A stretch of DNA of 64,000 nucleotides from Candidatus Coatesbacteria bacterium (lineage in GTDB: Bacteria > RBG-13-66-14 > B26-G2 > WVWN01 > G020348885), in NCBI GenBank assembly GCA_020348885.1, contig CP070755.1, forward strand, positions 1,630,689-1,694,688, in the 5' to 3' direction. Each line of letters starts with the position of its first letter. The first letter of the stretch is position 1. Both the position numbers and the translations under genes were made by a program. This document shows positions 1 to 10,691 of the stretch, piece after piece. The notes beneath the pieces are model-generated. The model made no database searches. It worked only from the letters and a program-made list of their open reading frames with translations, and was not told where the DNA came from.

Positions 1-48
1 AGGTGTACCCGGTCGGTAAAACCGACTATATCACGGACGTTAACGGTT

Positions 49-74
49 CCCGACCTGAAGGCCGGGGTTTTTTT
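49..74 (+). terminator. Probable intrinsic terminator for a transcript entering from upstream of the window
   Basis: CCCGACC-TGAA-GGCCGGG hairpin (one mismatch) followed by a T run; converges on tspO. Confidence 0.55.
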
Positions 75-144
75 ACGCTGGGGGCCGTGGATTCGTATTT
101 TTAAGCTTGTCAGACGCGGTAAAAAGCGGTTAGTAGAAGATAAT

Positions 145-633
145 CTAAAGGTTCAGGATGAATATCGAGAAGTTCAGTATCGACGCGAAGCTGACCCACA
201 GGATATACGGTACGAGCAGGAAACCGGCCGTTCGGGATACCCTTGAGAAGTAAAATATCGTGAGTATAATCGTGAACCATAAAATAACGATTACCACAAA
301 ACCGGCCAAGGGCGAGTGGAACCCGAAAAAAGCCAAAGACCAGACAGGGTTCAAGACCAGTTGGATTACGTAGACGCCCATAGCCTTACGGACGGCGCTT
401 TTATCCAATCCCTTACGCCATACCAGGTAACCGGATAAACCCATCAACAAATACAAGGATATCCATACCGGCGAAAAAACCCAATCCGGCGGCGTAAACG
501 GCGGCTTCTCAACGTAAGCGTACCACGTCTCGATGTTCGGCGCGGTTAAAAGACCGCCGATAAATCCCGCCGCCTGGCACGCCAATATAGATAAGACCAA
601 CTTCGACGCGTCGACGACTAAAGCCTTTTTCAT
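145..633 (-). CDS. tspO: TspO/MBR family tryptophan-rich sensory protein
   Basis: WY..VEKPPFTPPDWVFSPVW, QLVLNPVWSLAFFG and LLVPYILWVSFA signatures; 5 TM segments; GAGGAG RBS. Confidence 0.95.
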   Translation of the reverse strand: MKKALVVDASKLVLSILACQAAGFIGGLLTAPNIETWYAYVEKPPFTPPDWVFSPVWISLYLLMGLSGYLVWRKGLDKSAVRKAMGVYVIQLVLNPVWSLAFFGFHSPLAGFVVIVILWFTIILTIFYFSRVSRTAGFLLVPYILWVSFASILNFSIFILNL

Positions 634-872
634 AATATCTCCTCGTTGAACCGGCGACCAACGTTATTATACCCCAAGTGAACGGAAAAACAAAGCGGAG
701 AAAGCGGATTATAATCATTCCCGACCGGATGGACGTATACGACATAGGTCGAGGACGACTGATTTGCAGAACCGTTAAAATTATAATAGACCCCGAGCAC
801 GATTCCCTTGATTTCCTATATCAGGTCGGTTATACTGCCGGTAAAATCCCAAGAAACCTAGCGAGGTATCTA

Positions 873-1868
873 ATGGCAAATATCAAACCTTTCATAGCCG
901 TAGTTTCGCTGCTGTGCTTCGCGGTGGCAGCGGGCGCCGGAGACGGGTATCTGATATCAGTCGACGGCGCCGTTCATAGCGAAGAAGGAACGCTGAAAAC
1001 CCTTGGCGAATTCGAGTACGCGTACGTATCGCCCGGCGGAGCTTACTACGTCGTACTGTCGTTCGTAGAGGGCGCTTTTCCGATAAAGAGCACGGCTCGG
1101 ATTTATGACAAAACGGGTCGGCTTTCGTACGCCGTTCCAAACACCGGCGCGAGCGCCGCCGTCGTCGCCGACAACGGCGCGTGCGTTCTCGTAACCATGT
1201 CCGCAGACGGCCCGGAAGCGACGGCAGACTTAGACTTCTACGACTCATCCGGGGTCAACGTAGGGTCGGCGGCCGTCGGCTACCCCGGCGACGCGATGTT
1301 CTCCCCGAGCGCCGATTACGCCGCTGTAATATCGGCCGGCGAAGCCACTTACGTGTTCGACGCGGATGACGGCGACCTGCTATACGAGCTGCCGGCGTCG
1401 AGGACGCTAGCGGCGGACGATAACGGTTCAGTACTCCTCGTTGACCCGGAGTTCATCGCCCTGTACAGAGACGGGTTCGCCGAGTGGAGTTTCGGCCACG
1501 ACCTGTACTACCCCAGGATGGCTCAGGTTAACGAGGGTAATACGGCCGCGCTGGTCGGTTGTCACCACGAGGTCGCACTCGTTGATATGGAATCGGGTCG
1601 CATAACCGAAACGTGGGAAGCGCCGGACGGCTTCGCCGTGACCGATATAGACGCGTCCGACGACTTCTCGATAATCGGGGTAGGCGTCCGGAGCCTGGAC
1701 GGCGTCGAGGCGGCGTATCTCCTCGACGATTCGTTCGGGGTATTGAAATCGAAAACGGAAACCGTAGCGAAACCGAGCGGCGCTATGCCGATTGTTATCG
1801 TCGTGGACGGCGTAACTCCCGAAGCGACGGTTTTCGGCCAGGGCTGGCGGGCGACGCTGGAAAAGTAA
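873..1868 (+). CDS. Secreted beta-propeller-like hypothetical protein
   Basis: ATG at 873 after GAGGT gives a signal peptide (MANIKPFIAVVSLLCFAVAAGA); repeated beta-rich units (VSPGG, FSPSA, ASDD). The track start at 678 is probably over-extended. Confidence 0.7.
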   Translation: MANIKPFIAVVSLLCFAVAAGAGDGYLISVDGAVHSEEGTLKTLGEFEYAYVSPGGAYYVVLSFVEGAFPIKSTARIYDKTGRLSYAVPNTGASAAVVADNGACVLVTMSADGPEATADLDFYDSSGVNVGSAAVGYPGDAMFSPSADYAAVISAGEATYVFDADDGDLLYELPASRTLAADDNGSVLLVDPEFIALYRDGFAEWSFGHDLYYPRMAQVNEGNTAALVGCHHEVALVDMESGRITETWEAPDGFAVTDIDASDDFSIIGVGVRSLDGVEAAYLLDDSFGVLKSKTETVAKPSGAMPIVIVVDGVTPEATVFGQGWRATLEK

Positions 1869-1878
1869 AGGGGCGACT

Positions 1879-3783
1879 ATGAAGAAGACGATAATCATAC
1901 TGTCGGTCGTCGCGCTGGCGGTTCCGCTGACGGCGGAAGCCGAACGCTGGCCGATGGGCCCGGGGGATGTACCCCAGAGGTGCGGGAATAACTGTTACGA
2001 ATTCCAGAACTACGGTGGCAGCTCTTACTACCACGACGGCCTGGACGTCATGGGCGAAGGCGGCGACCCGTGCTACTCCGTAGACGACACATACGTCAGA
2101 CTCATATCCGTGTACGAACCGTACTACACGGGTATTATTACAAGTTACGAAGAAGACGGGTCCGACGACGACGGGTGGCTGTACTGGCACATCACATACG
2201 CGACGATACCGTTCGTCGAGGGAGACTTCGTTCCGGAAAGCGCGTATATTGGCGACATCGCGACTTGGATGACTTCCGAATTCCACCACGTACACTTTAC
2301 CAGAGGTACGTACGTAGGCGGGTGGTACGAGTGTATCGACAACGCCGTTGATTTTATGGACCCGCCCGATGACGACCAGGCGCCCGAGTTCCATGAATCC
2401 GAAACCGACCAGATGTTCTCTTTCTGCGAGGATAACAGTACGACGCGCGTGGACCCTGGCGAAGTAACCGGCCAGGTCGATATCATCGCCAAGATATCCG
2501 ACAGGATAGTCGATACGTATTGGGACATGGTTCCCTATGAAATCGTATGGAGGATAGACGGCGACGGCGGCTCCGTTCCGGAGACCCTTTTTATCAACTT
2601 CACCGGGCCCGTCCCGGCGGAAACTACGGTAACGACCGTCGTATATAAACGGGCCGGCCAGTGGTACACCCAGGGTAACTACGACTACCGGGACTTCTAT
2701 TTCGTCGTTACCAATACAGACGGCGACGGGTTCGCCGAGATGGGCGACGAAAACTACAACTTCGACAGTACGACCTTGCCCGACGGCGACTATACCCTTT
2801 CTGTCCGCGCCAAAGACTTCTACGGCAACGAAGTTACCGAGTCGATGGACTTCACGATAAACAACGACCCGCCGACTTCCTTCGACCTGTTATCGCCGGA
2901 GGACGGCGCCATAATCGACGAACCGGTAACTCTCGACTGGGAGGACGCGGCCGAAAGTTTGGCGCGCACCGACGAATCAGCTAACACCCGGTCAATAGAC
3001 TTAAAGGGCTTAAGGGCGATAACGTACGACGTCTGGTACTCGGGCGAAGACGACTTCGACCCCCACGAGGAGATAAACGACCTTACCGAGTCCACTTATA
3101 CTTTCGCCGAAGGCGAGTTTGATATCGGCGAAACTTACTACTGGAAGGTCCGCGCTTACGACGGCCTCTACGAAACGTGGAGCGGTCCGGACGAATACTG
3201 GTCGTTTACGATTCGCGACCCGTTCGCCGACATCAACGTAACGTCGTTCACCGCCGAAGCCGTGGACGACGGCATCAACGTCGGTTGGGAATGCGCCGAC
3301 GAGGTAGCGGGTTTTAACCTGTACCGCTCAAACGCCGGCGAAGGGAAAGCGGTCGCGTCCCGAGATACGCTCAATAGCGAGCTTATTACGGGCGAATCGC
3401 CGTACGAATACCTCGACGCTACCGTCGAAAAGAGCTTAACCTACAACTATTGGCTCGAGGCGATAGACGTCGGCGGCGCGAGCGAAACCTTCGGGCCGGT
3501 GGATTGCACCTGGAACGGCGTCCTGCCGACGACTTACGCCCTCTATCAATCCCGTCCGAACCCGACGACCGGGACCGCGACCATCGCCTTCGACTTGCCG
3601 GAGGAGGCGCCGGTAACGCTGACGGTCTACGATATCAGCGGACGGAAGGTTACGACGCTTGTGGACGAGACGCTAACGGCGGGCGAACACGACGCCGAGG
3701 TCTCGGGACTTGCGCCGGGCGTGTACGTATACAGGCTGAACGCGGGTACGTTCGCCTCGGCGAAGAAGATGGTGGTTCAGTAG
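1879..3783 (+). CDS. Secreted multidomain protein: M23-like metallopeptidase motifs, Ig/FN3-like domains, T9SS type A/FlgD-Ig-like C-terminal domain
   Basis: Signal peptide; YHDGLD (HxxxD) and FHHVHF (HxH); YYWKVRA FN3-like strand; C-terminus ALYQSRPNP...VYDISGRKV...GVYVYRL...KKMVVQ. Confidence 0.8.
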   Translation: MKKTIIILSVVALAVPLTAEAERWPMGPGDVPQRCGNNCYEFQNYGGSSYYHDGLDVMGEGGDPCYSVDDTYVRLISVYEPYYTGIITSYEEDGSDDDGWLYWHITYATIPFVEGDFVPESAYIGDIATWMTSEFHHVHFTRGTYVGGWYECIDNAVDFMDPPDDDQAPEFHESETDQMFSFCEDNSTTRVDPGEVTGQVDIIAKISDRIVDTYWDMVPYEIVWRIDGDGGSVPETLFINFTGPVPAETTVTTVVYKRAGQWYTQGNYDYRDFYFVVTNTDGDGFAEMGDENYNFDSTTLPDGDYTLSVRAKDFYGNEVTESMDFTINNDPPTSFDLLSPEDGAIIDEPVTLDWEDAAESLARTDESANTRSIDLKGLRAITYDVWYSGEDDFDPHEEINDLTESTYTFAEGEFDIGETYYWKVRAYDGLYETWSGPDEYWSFTIRDPFADINVTSFTAEAVDDGINVGWECADEVAGFNLYRSNAGEGKAVASRDTLNSELITGESPYEYLDATVEKSLTYNYWLEAIDVGGASETFGPVDCTWNGVLPTTYALYQSRPNPTTGTATIAFDLPEEAPVTLTVYDISGRKVTTLVDETLTAGEHDAEVSGLAPGVYVYRLNAGTFASAKKMVVQ

Positions 3784-3843
3784 GGCTGCACCATCAAGTA
3801 AGTTCACTTTAACGCGGTTTATTAGGTTTACTATATATACAAG

Positions 3844-3871
3844 AAGCGGCGCGGTTTACTCCGCGCCGTTT
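3844..3871 (+). terminator. Intrinsic terminator
   Basis: GCGGCGCGG-TTTACT-CCGCGCCGT stem followed by TTT. Confidence 0.55.
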
Positions 3872-3978
3872 TCCATATCGATATCTCCCCTATTCTTATT
3901 TCCCCACGTACGTAGCTTATGATATTATCCTGCTTAGCGAAAGCGGGATACGATTTCCCGCCCCTCTTTCTATAGGCT

Positions 3979-4887
3979 GTGGCTAAACCAGATAATAAAC
4001 TACTAATCTCCGGCGTAACCTTCGTCCGAAACGCGGTCAAATTCGATTACCCGCTGGTCGAAGCGGTTCGTTCCATCCTGCCGGTCGTCGACGAGTATAT
4101 CCTCCTCGTCTGCGAAAGCGACGACGACACGCTGGCGTTGGCGCGCTCGTTCGGCGACCCGAAGGTACGCGTATACGAAAGCGATTGGGACGAGACGCTT
4201 CGCGAAGGCGGCCGCATCCTCGCGGCCAAGACAGACGAAGCGATAGCACACACCCGCGGTACGTGGGTATTCTACCTACAGGCCGACGAAGTGGTCCATG
4301 AGGACGACCTCGCGCGGATTAGAGAGCTGTCCGAACGATACGCGGAAACGCCCGAAGTCGAAGGGCTGGTCTTCGAATATCTCCACTTCTACGGAACCTA
4401 CTTCACGGTCCAAAGGAGCCGCAAGTGGTACGCACAGGAGGTACGCGTCGTCTGCAACGTACCCGAACTCCGGAGCTTTGGCGACGCCCAGGGTTTTCGC
4501 GTCGCCGGGCGTAAACCCCGGGCCGTCGCCTCCGGCGCGCGGATATTCCACTACGGCTGGGTCCGCCCGCCGGAAGCGATGCTCGCGAAGATGCGGGCGT
4601 TCCACAGCCTTTGGCACGACGACGAATGGGTGGCGTCCGAGTTGCCTGAAACGATGGACGGGTTCGACTACGGCCCAATGCGCTCGGCGGTACCCTTCGA
4701 CGGAACGCATCCGGCGGTGATGGCCGAGCGGATAGCGGCGGCCGGATGGACACCCGAGAACCTCGGGCTGCTCGAACACTCCCACGACCGCCTCGGGCAG
4801 CGCGTCCTCGGCTGGTTCGAGCGGAACGTAATCTGCCGGAAAATAGGCGAACACCGGAATTTTAAGTTGATACGCCCGCCCGAGTAA
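3979..4887 (+). CDS. Glycosyltransferase family 2
   Basis: ISGVTFVRN, SDDDT, YLQADE (DxD-like), YLHFYG and IFHYGWVR typical of LPS-type GT2; GTG start. Confidence 0.85.
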   Translation: MAKPDNKLLISGVTFVRNAVKFDYPLVEAVRSILPVVDEYILLVCESDDDTLALARSFGDPKVRVYESDWDETLREGGRILAAKTDEAIAHTRGTWVFYLQADEVVHEDDLARIRELSERYAETPEVEGLVFEYLHFYGTYFTVQRSRKWYAQEVRVVCNVPELRSFGDAQGFRVAGRKPRAVASGARIFHYGWVRPPEAMLAKMRAFHSLWHDDEWVASELPETMDGFDYGPMRSAVPFDGTHPAVMAERIAAAGWTPENLGLLEHSHDRLGQRVLGWFERNVICRKIGEHRNFKLIRPPE

Positions 4888-4930
4888 CGTATATTCCGAC
4901 GACTCTTATATTTATACCGATTAACGACTT

Positions 4931-6272
4931 ATGGCCCTTGCCGAGTTTCTATTTATCCTGATAGTAATCCTGGGCTTCGCGAAGCTTACGGGCGAGCTGG
5001 CCCACCGGGTCGGCCAACCGGCGGTACTCGGCGAGCTTGTCGCCGGGATGATACTGGGCGCGAGCGTACTCGGGTTCGTCCCCGCCGTCGGCGCGGGCGG
5101 CGAAACCGTGAGCCTTCTCGACGAGCTCTTCGGGGTCGTCGGGCGACCGGCCGCCGTCGATTGGTTTTTCGAGAACCTTATCCCCCAGTCCGAGTCGGCG
5201 GGGCACTTCATCGGTCTACTCGCCGAAATCGGCGTCATCATCCTCCTATTCCGCATCGGCCTCACGACAAACATTCGCGAGCTGAGCGAAGTGGGCGTCA
5301 AATCGGTGATGGTGGCGGCGGCCGGCGTCATCTTGCCCTTCGCCGGAGGGTTCGCGTTCTGCGAAATGCTCGACCTCCCCAAGACGACCTCTATCTTCGT
5401 AGGCGCGGCGCTAACCGCGACCAGCATCGGTATCACAGCCCGGATACTCACCGACCTGGGGAAGATGAAGACCAAGGAAGCGCGGATCATCCTGGGCGCC
5501 GCGGTCTTCGACGATATCATCGGCCTGATAATCCTTTCGGTAGTGAGCGATCTAGCCCTCACGGGCGTCGTAAGCTGGGGGAAGATAACGTGGACGACGG
5601 TCTCGGCGGTCGGTTTCTTCGCCCTGGCGATAGTCGCGGGAATACTCCTGGCAAGGCCGTTAATAAGGGTAGTCGTAAGGATGCGGGTCCAGGGCGCCCT
5701 TATCGTAACGGCGATATGTTTCGCGTTTGTCTGGGCGCTTTTGGCAGAGGAAGCGGGTTCAGCGGTAATCGTCGGGTCGTTCGCCGCCGGTCTCGCGCTT
5801 GCCGAAACCGATAAGTACGAGCTGTTCCAGAAAGCGTTTTACCCCTTGTCGGAGTTTTTCACGCCGATATTCTTCGTTTCGATAGGCGCAGCCGTCAACG
5901 TCCGGTACTTCAACCCCCTTCGACTCGGCCAACCAGCCGGTACTACTCATCGGCGGGGCGCTTCTGCTTATCGCGATAATCGGCAAGGTCTTAAGCGGTT
6001 ACGCCGCCTGGTCCCGCGAGATACGGAAAATGACCGTCGGAATAGGGATGGTCCCGCGGGGCGAAGTGGGCTTCATCTTCGCCGAGTTCGGGCGCCGGAC
6101 CGGCGTGGTCACCGACTCGATGTTCGCCGCAGTGGTCGTGGTCATGGCGGCCACGACGTTCCTCGCACCGCCGTTGCTGCGGATCGCGCTGGCGCCAACG
6201 CCGATAGGGCGTTCGGTCGTCGGCTGGCTGTTTTCGCCGGTCCGGCGCCCGCGGTGGTTTATGCGGTGGTAA
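4931..6272 (+). pseudogene. Cation:proton antiporter (CPA2/Kef-type) with a single +1 frameshift
   Basis: QPAVLGELVAG, TATSIGI, AAVFDD and PIFFVSIG in the first frame; GKVLSG and GMVPRGEVG in the +1 frame after the C5 run at 5914-5918. Confidence 0.75.
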
Positions 6273-6364
6273 TACTGTAGCGGATTCCACTCGCCTACGG
6301 CGTAGGCATTATGTTACTACCCACAGATCGATGTATAAACGGGTAAAACTTGAAAGGAACCAAG

Positions 6365-7267
6365 ATGCTCACCGGGATACATTTCCTACTCACGTACAAA
6401 TGCGACTCCGAATGCGACCACTGCTTTCTGTATTGCGGCCCGCACGTTGAAGGGACCTTTACCGCCGGGCAAATCCGAGATATACTGAACGAAGGGAAAA
6501 AACTTGGGACCGTTGAGCGGGTTTACTTCGAGGGCGGCGAACCGTTTCTCTTCTATCCGCTAATGCTCGAGGGTATTCGGACCGCGGCCAAAATGGGCTT
6601 CGAGACCGGCGCCGTAACGAACGCCTACTGGGCAACGTCGGCGGAGGACGCGGAACTGTGGCTTGTACCCTTTCGGGATCTAGACGTCGCGGACCTGAGC
6701 CTGAGCGACGACGCGTTCCACCACGGCGAAGATGAAGACACTCCGCCAAAAAGCGCGTTAGCCGCCGCCTGGAAACTAGATATCCCGGTGGATACGATAT
6801 GCATCGAAGGACCTTCGGACGAAACAGGCGCCGCGAACGAACCCGATAAAGGCGCGCCGGTTGTAGGCGGCGGCGCGATGTTCCGGGGCCGGGCCGTCGA
6901 GAAGTTGACCGAAGGGCTGCCGACGCGGCCGTGGGACGAGCTGGTCGAATGCCCCCACGAGGACCTGGAGAACCCGGGACGTATCCACGTGGACTCTTAC
7001 GGTAACGTACACCTATGCCAGGGCCTGTCGATGGGCAACGCGTGGGAGACACCGTTCTCGAAGCTGATCGAGAAACACGACGCCGGATCGCACCCGATAT
7101 GCGGGCCGTTGATTCGCGGCGGCCCGGCGGAACTTGCGAGAGAATACGGCGTCGAACATAAGGACGGTTACGTGGACGAATGCCACTTCTGCTACCTCAC
7201 CCGGCTGGCGCTCATTGACAGGTTCCCTGAGTACCTTGGCCCTCGCCAAGTGTACGGGCTGGAATAA
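6365..7267 (+). CDS. Radical SAM protein
   Basis: CDSECDHC (CxxxCxxC), GGEPFL, TNAYWA; additional C-terminal cysteines (ECPH, HLCQG, CHFC) suggest a SPASM/twitch-like domain. Confidence 0.9.
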   Translation: MLTGIHFLLTYKCDSECDHCFLYCGPHVEGTFTAGQIRDILNEGKKLGTVERVYFEGGEPFLFYPLMLEGIRTAAKMGFETGAVTNAYWATSAEDAELWLVPFRDLDVADLSLSDDAFHHGEDEDTPPKSALAAAWKLDIPVDTICIEGPSDETGAANEPDKGAPVVGGGAMFRGRAVEKLTEGLPTRPWDELVECPHEDLENPGRIHVDSYGNVHLCQGLSMGNAWETPFSKLIEKHDAGSHPICGPLIRGGPAELAREYGVEHKDGYVDECHFCYLTRLALIDRFPEYLGPRQVYGLE

Positions 7268-7339
7268 AACTTATGCGAAGGCGGTTCAACGAACGTAATG
7301 AGCGATGAACGACGCAGGCGTAAGAGCCAAGCGGATTAC

Positions 7340-7831
7340 ATGAGGAAAATCGTAACAAGGGAAGCACTCGGTAAATACGTCGCGGAGATAAAAGCGGAGG
7401 GTATCAAGGTCGTTTTTACCAACGGGGTTTTCGATATCCTCCATTCGGGGCACGTACGTTACCTGGACGAAGCCGCTTCGCTGGGGGACGTTCTAATCGT
7501 GGCCGTGAACTCGGACTCGTCGGCCAGACAGCTGAAGGGCGCCGGGCGCCCGTATAACAACGAAACAGATCGGGCCGAAGTAATCGCGGCGCTCGAGTGC
7601 GTCAGTTACGTAACGGTTTTCGATGATGATACGCCGTACGAGTTGATAAAAATACTCGGACCGGACGTTCTCGTAAAAGGCGGCGATTGGCCGGTTAATG
7701 AGATAGTTGGCGCCGACGTCGTGAAGGCCGGCGGCGGCGAAGTGTACTCTCTGCCGTATGCCGAAGGACACTCTACGACGGGGCTAATAGAAAAGATAGT
7801 CGCGTCGGCCGGGGAAGGCACCGGTGAGTAA
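7340..7831 (+). CDS. rfaE2: D-glycero-beta-D-manno-heptose 1-phosphate adenylyltransferase (RfaE domain II/HldC)
   Basis: [18 protein letters not shown]...KG..RP, LVKGGDW, STT; start could be 7298. Confidence 0.92.
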   Translation: MRKIVTREALGKYVAEIKAEGIKVVFTNGVFDILHSGHVRYLDEAASLGDVLIVAVNSDSSARQLKGAGRPYNNETDRAEVIAALECVSYVTVFDDDTPYELIKILGPDVLVKGGDWPVNEIVGADVVKAGGGEVYSLPYAEGHSTTGLIEKIVASAGEGTGE

Positions 7832-8570
7832 CGACCGGTTGAAAGTCGTAGGCGTAATACCCGTTCGCTATGCGTCGAGCCGTTTCCCCGGGAAAGCGCT
7901 TGCGGACATCGCGGGTAAGCCGATGGTGCAACACGTCTACGAGCGGTGCGCCGCTTGCGAACGGTTGGACCGGTTGTACGTCGCGACCGACGACCAAAGG
8001 ATATACGACGCGGCCCGCGTTTTCACCGACGACGTGGTGATGACCTCGGGCGAACACGAGTCCGGGACCGACAGGGTCGCCGAAGTCGTCGAGGGAATCG
8101 ACGGTGACGTTTTCGTCAACGTCCAGGGCGACGAACCGCTAATCGAGCCCGCGGCGGTCGAAGCGTTGATACGGCCGTTCGAGGAAGACCCGGACGTTAA
8201 TATGACCACGCTGGCGCGACCAGCCGGCGACCGGACCGAAGTATCAAGTCCGAACACGTGTAAAGTAGTAATCAACGAGGCCGGCGACGCGCTCTACTTC
8301 AGCCGCGCGGCAATACCGCATTACCGGGAAACACAGCCGGAACAGTGGTATCTATTACACGTCGGGACGTACGCGTTCCGCAGAGACTTCCTTCTGACCT
8401 TCGCGAGGTTGGAAAAAAGACCGCTCGAAATCGCCGAAGGCCTCGAGATGCTCCGGGCGCTCGAACACGGGTATAAGGTAGGGGTCGTTGTAGGTCCTTT
8501 CGTTTCGCTGGGCGTGGATACGGAAGACGACCTCGAGCGCGTACGGGAACTTATCGAAAGAAACACATAA
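7824..8570 (+). CDS. kdsB: 3-deoxy-manno-octulosonate cytidylyltransferase
   Basis: [47 protein letters not shown]. Confidence 0.95.
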   Translation: MSNDRLKVVGVIPVRYASSRFPGKALADIAGKPMVQHVYERCAACERLDRLYVATDDQRIYDAARVFTDDVVMTSGEHESGTDRVAEVVEGIDGDVFVNVQGDEPLIEPAAVEALIRPFEEDPDVNMTTLARPAGDRTEVSSPNTCKVVINEAGDALYFSRAAIPHYRETQPEQWYLLHVGTYAFRRDFLLTFARLEKRPLEIAEGLEMLRALEHGYKVGVVVGPFVSLGVDTEDDLERVRELIERNT

Positions 8571-8595
8571 CGACCGACCTGGACGCAAAATCGCG

Positions 8596-8624
8596 TTGAC
8601 ATCGTTAGCGTTAAGTGATACTAT
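8596..8624 (+). promoter_or_regulatory. Sigma70-type promoter
   Basis: TTGACA-N17-TACTAT with extended -10 TG. Confidence 0.65.
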
Positions 8625-8749
8625 CGCCGTCCTCAAACGCGTTTTGAGCCGTAAGAAGAACGTAGTCCACTATATCCGGTACCCGATTAAATATTATAAA
8701 CAAGCGGTTAAGGGAATAACAACTTAATATAACGTTAATAAAAAAAGGT

Positions 8750-9169
8750 TTGACGGAGAAGAAGATGACGCAAGATAAATACAATAGGGTTAGGTTAACG
8801 TTTACGTCGCGGGTGGCCGCTGATACGACGATGGACGGCGATTATTTGGGTAAGGCAAACCTGCTTGTCGAAGGCGTGATAACCGGCGACGTTAAGGTTA
8901 AAGGCGCCGTTATGGTCGCCGACGGCGGTACGGTCAAAGGGCGTATCGAAGCCGAAAAGGTCGTAGTTGCCGGAACAGTAGGCGGCGACGTCGTCGCGTC
9001 GAAAGGCGCCGAGGTTAAACGCGCTGGGGACGTCGGCGGAAACGTTTACGCTCGCGAATTGTTGGTAGCTTCCGAAGGGAAGGTCGGCGGCGACATAGGC
9101 GCCGCGAAAAAACGCGTAACTACGTACGAAACGGGAATTGACGTTCCCGAAGAAACAACCGAGGGTTAA
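8750..9169 (+). CDS. Bactofilin (polymer-forming cytoskeletal protein)
   Basis: Beta-helix repeats VEGVITGDV, GTVKGRIEA, GTVGGDV, GDVGGNV; start 8750 (TTG) or 8765 (ATG). Confidence 0.8.
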   Translation: MTEKKMTQDKYNRVRLTFTSRVAADTTMDGDYLGKANLLVEGVITGDVKVKGAVMVADGGTVKGRIEAEKVVVAGTVGGDVVASKGAEVKRAGDVGGNVYARELLVASEGKVGGDIGAAKKRVTTYETGIDVPEETTEG

Positions 9170-9209
9170 CGCTTTTTTATCAAGAATTCAAGGTTGACAG
9201 GGAGTACCG

Positions 9210-10556
9210 ATGAGATTTGAAAAAACGAGGGTCCAGGGTATTTTAGACGAAGCGATAAAAGCGTCCGAAGCGGACGAGACCGAGGTAATTTTCAATGCTA
9301 CCGAAAGCTCTCTTACGCGGTTCAGCGAGAACCGGATACATCAGAACGTAATGGAGCTTAACGCCGGCGTTATCGTACGGGCGGCCGTAGGGAAACGAGT
9401 AGGCGTAGCCAATACGAATATCATTGACGGCGAGGGGATAAAAGACGTAGTCCGGCAAGCGGTCGAGGTTGCGCGCGCGCAGGGCGAAAAGGAAGACTAT
9501 TATGGACTTCCGGAACCTAAACCGGTGGAAGAAGTTAACGTATTCGACCCGAAGACCGCCGAATGTGACCCTGGCGCAAGGGCGTCGTCGGTCGGTAAAG
9601 TTATCTCGGCAGCTAAATCCAGCGATATGAAAGCGGCCGGGTCGTTCAGGACGTCGGAAAGCGTCCTTGCCGTAGCAAATTCAAAAGGCGTAATGACGTT
9701 CCATCCCTATACGGGCGCTCAACTAGTTACGGTGGTTGACTCGGGAATCAGTACCGGATACGGCGAAGGAAGCGGATGGAAGGTGGACGACGTCGACATA
9801 GAGGGGTTGGCGGAGGACGCCGTCAGACGCGCCGAGATGTCGAAGAATCCGCAAGATATCGAACCGGGCAAATACGACGTCGTTCTGGAACACTACTGCC
9901 TATCAGACGTAATACGGTGGATGGCTTTCGTCGTCTTTGACACGAAAGACGTTCTCGAGGGGCGGAGCCTTCTGTCGAAACGCATGGGCGACAAAATAAT
10001 GGGCGACAACATCACGATTTCCGACGACGGGTTGAGCCCGAATGGGATATCTATCCCGTTCGACTTCGAGGGTATGCCGAAAGAAAAGGTGGAAATGGTA
10101 AAGAACGGGGTCGCGACGGAACTGCTATACGACACAACAACGTCTCGTCAGGCTAACAAACCGAATAACGGTCACGCGCTACCGCCGGGATACAGCGGCG
10201 GACCGATACCGCTGGATATCTTCATAGAACCCGGCGATTCCGATATCGAAACGATGATCAACTCGATGGAACGTGGATTATACATTACCAGGTTCCATTA
10301 TATAAACGGTTACGTGGAACCTATGCAAGCGGTCTTCACCGGTATGACGAGAGACGGGACTTTCTGGGTCGAAGACGGAAAAATCGCGTATCCCGTGAAA
10401 AACCTCCGGTGGACGCAATCGATGTTATCCGCGTTCTCCAACGTCAAAATGATATCGAAAGAACGCAGGCTTTTCGGTTCCGCAGACGAAATCTCAATTT
10501 GTACGCCCGCGATGTATGTAAAGGACTTCGAGTTCACCGGCTCAACCGAACACTAA
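9210..10556 (+). CDS. TldD/PmbA family protein (PmbA/TldE-like)
   Basis: TRFSENRIHQN, PGKYDVVL, PFDFEG, TGMTRDG, PVKNLR; no HExxH motif. Confidence 0.9.
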   Translation: MRFEKTRVQGILDEAIKASEADETEVIFNATESSLTRFSENRIHQNVMELNAGVIVRAAVGKRVGVANTNIIDGEGIKDVVRQAVEVARAQGEKEDYYGLPEPKPVEEVNVFDPKTAECDPGARASSVGKVISAAKSSDMKAAGSFRTSESVLAVANSKGVMTFHPYTGAQLVTVVDSGISTGYGEGSGWKVDDVDIEGLAEDAVRRAEMSKNPQDIEPGKYDVVLEHYCLSDVIRWMAFVVFDTKDVLEGRSLLSKRMGDKIMGDNITISDDGLSPNGISIPFDFEGMPKEKVEMVKNGVATELLYDTTTSRQANKPNNGHALPPGYSGGPIPLDIFIEPGDSDIETMINSMERGLYITRFHYINGYVEPMQAVFTGMTRDGTFWVEDGKIAYPVKNLRWTQSMLSAFSNVKMISKERRLFGSADEISICTPAMYVKDFEFTGSTEH

Positions 10557-10665
10557 AACGGCTGAAACGATACGAAAACGCCGAATATTCAGTTAATACA
10601 GATGAATATGCGGGAATCGCACGATAAAAGCGGTTTCGCGGTACTGAATAAAAGTTCCTCCTACG

Positions 10666-10691
10666 AAAACCCTCGCTACGGCAGGGTTTTT
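10666..10691 (+). terminator. Intrinsic terminator
   Basis: AAAACCCT...AGGGTTTTT inverted repeat downstream of the PmbA-like gene. Confidence 0.6.

Noticed and set aside
1..74. Resemblance to the 3' half of a purine riboswitch (GTAC...CGGTAAA...CCGACTA) plus terminator
   Set aside because: Stem too short, loop deviates, no downstream plus-strand gene to regulate, and the element is cut by the window edge. More simply the end of an upstream transcript.
678..872. N-terminal extension of the 396-aa ORF
   Set aside because: RBS and signal peptide point to the ATG at 873.
5920..6280. Arg-rich C-terminus of the 449-aa ORF, and the 80-aa ORF 6030-6272 as a separate gene
   Set aside because: Both result from the frameshift at 5914-5918.
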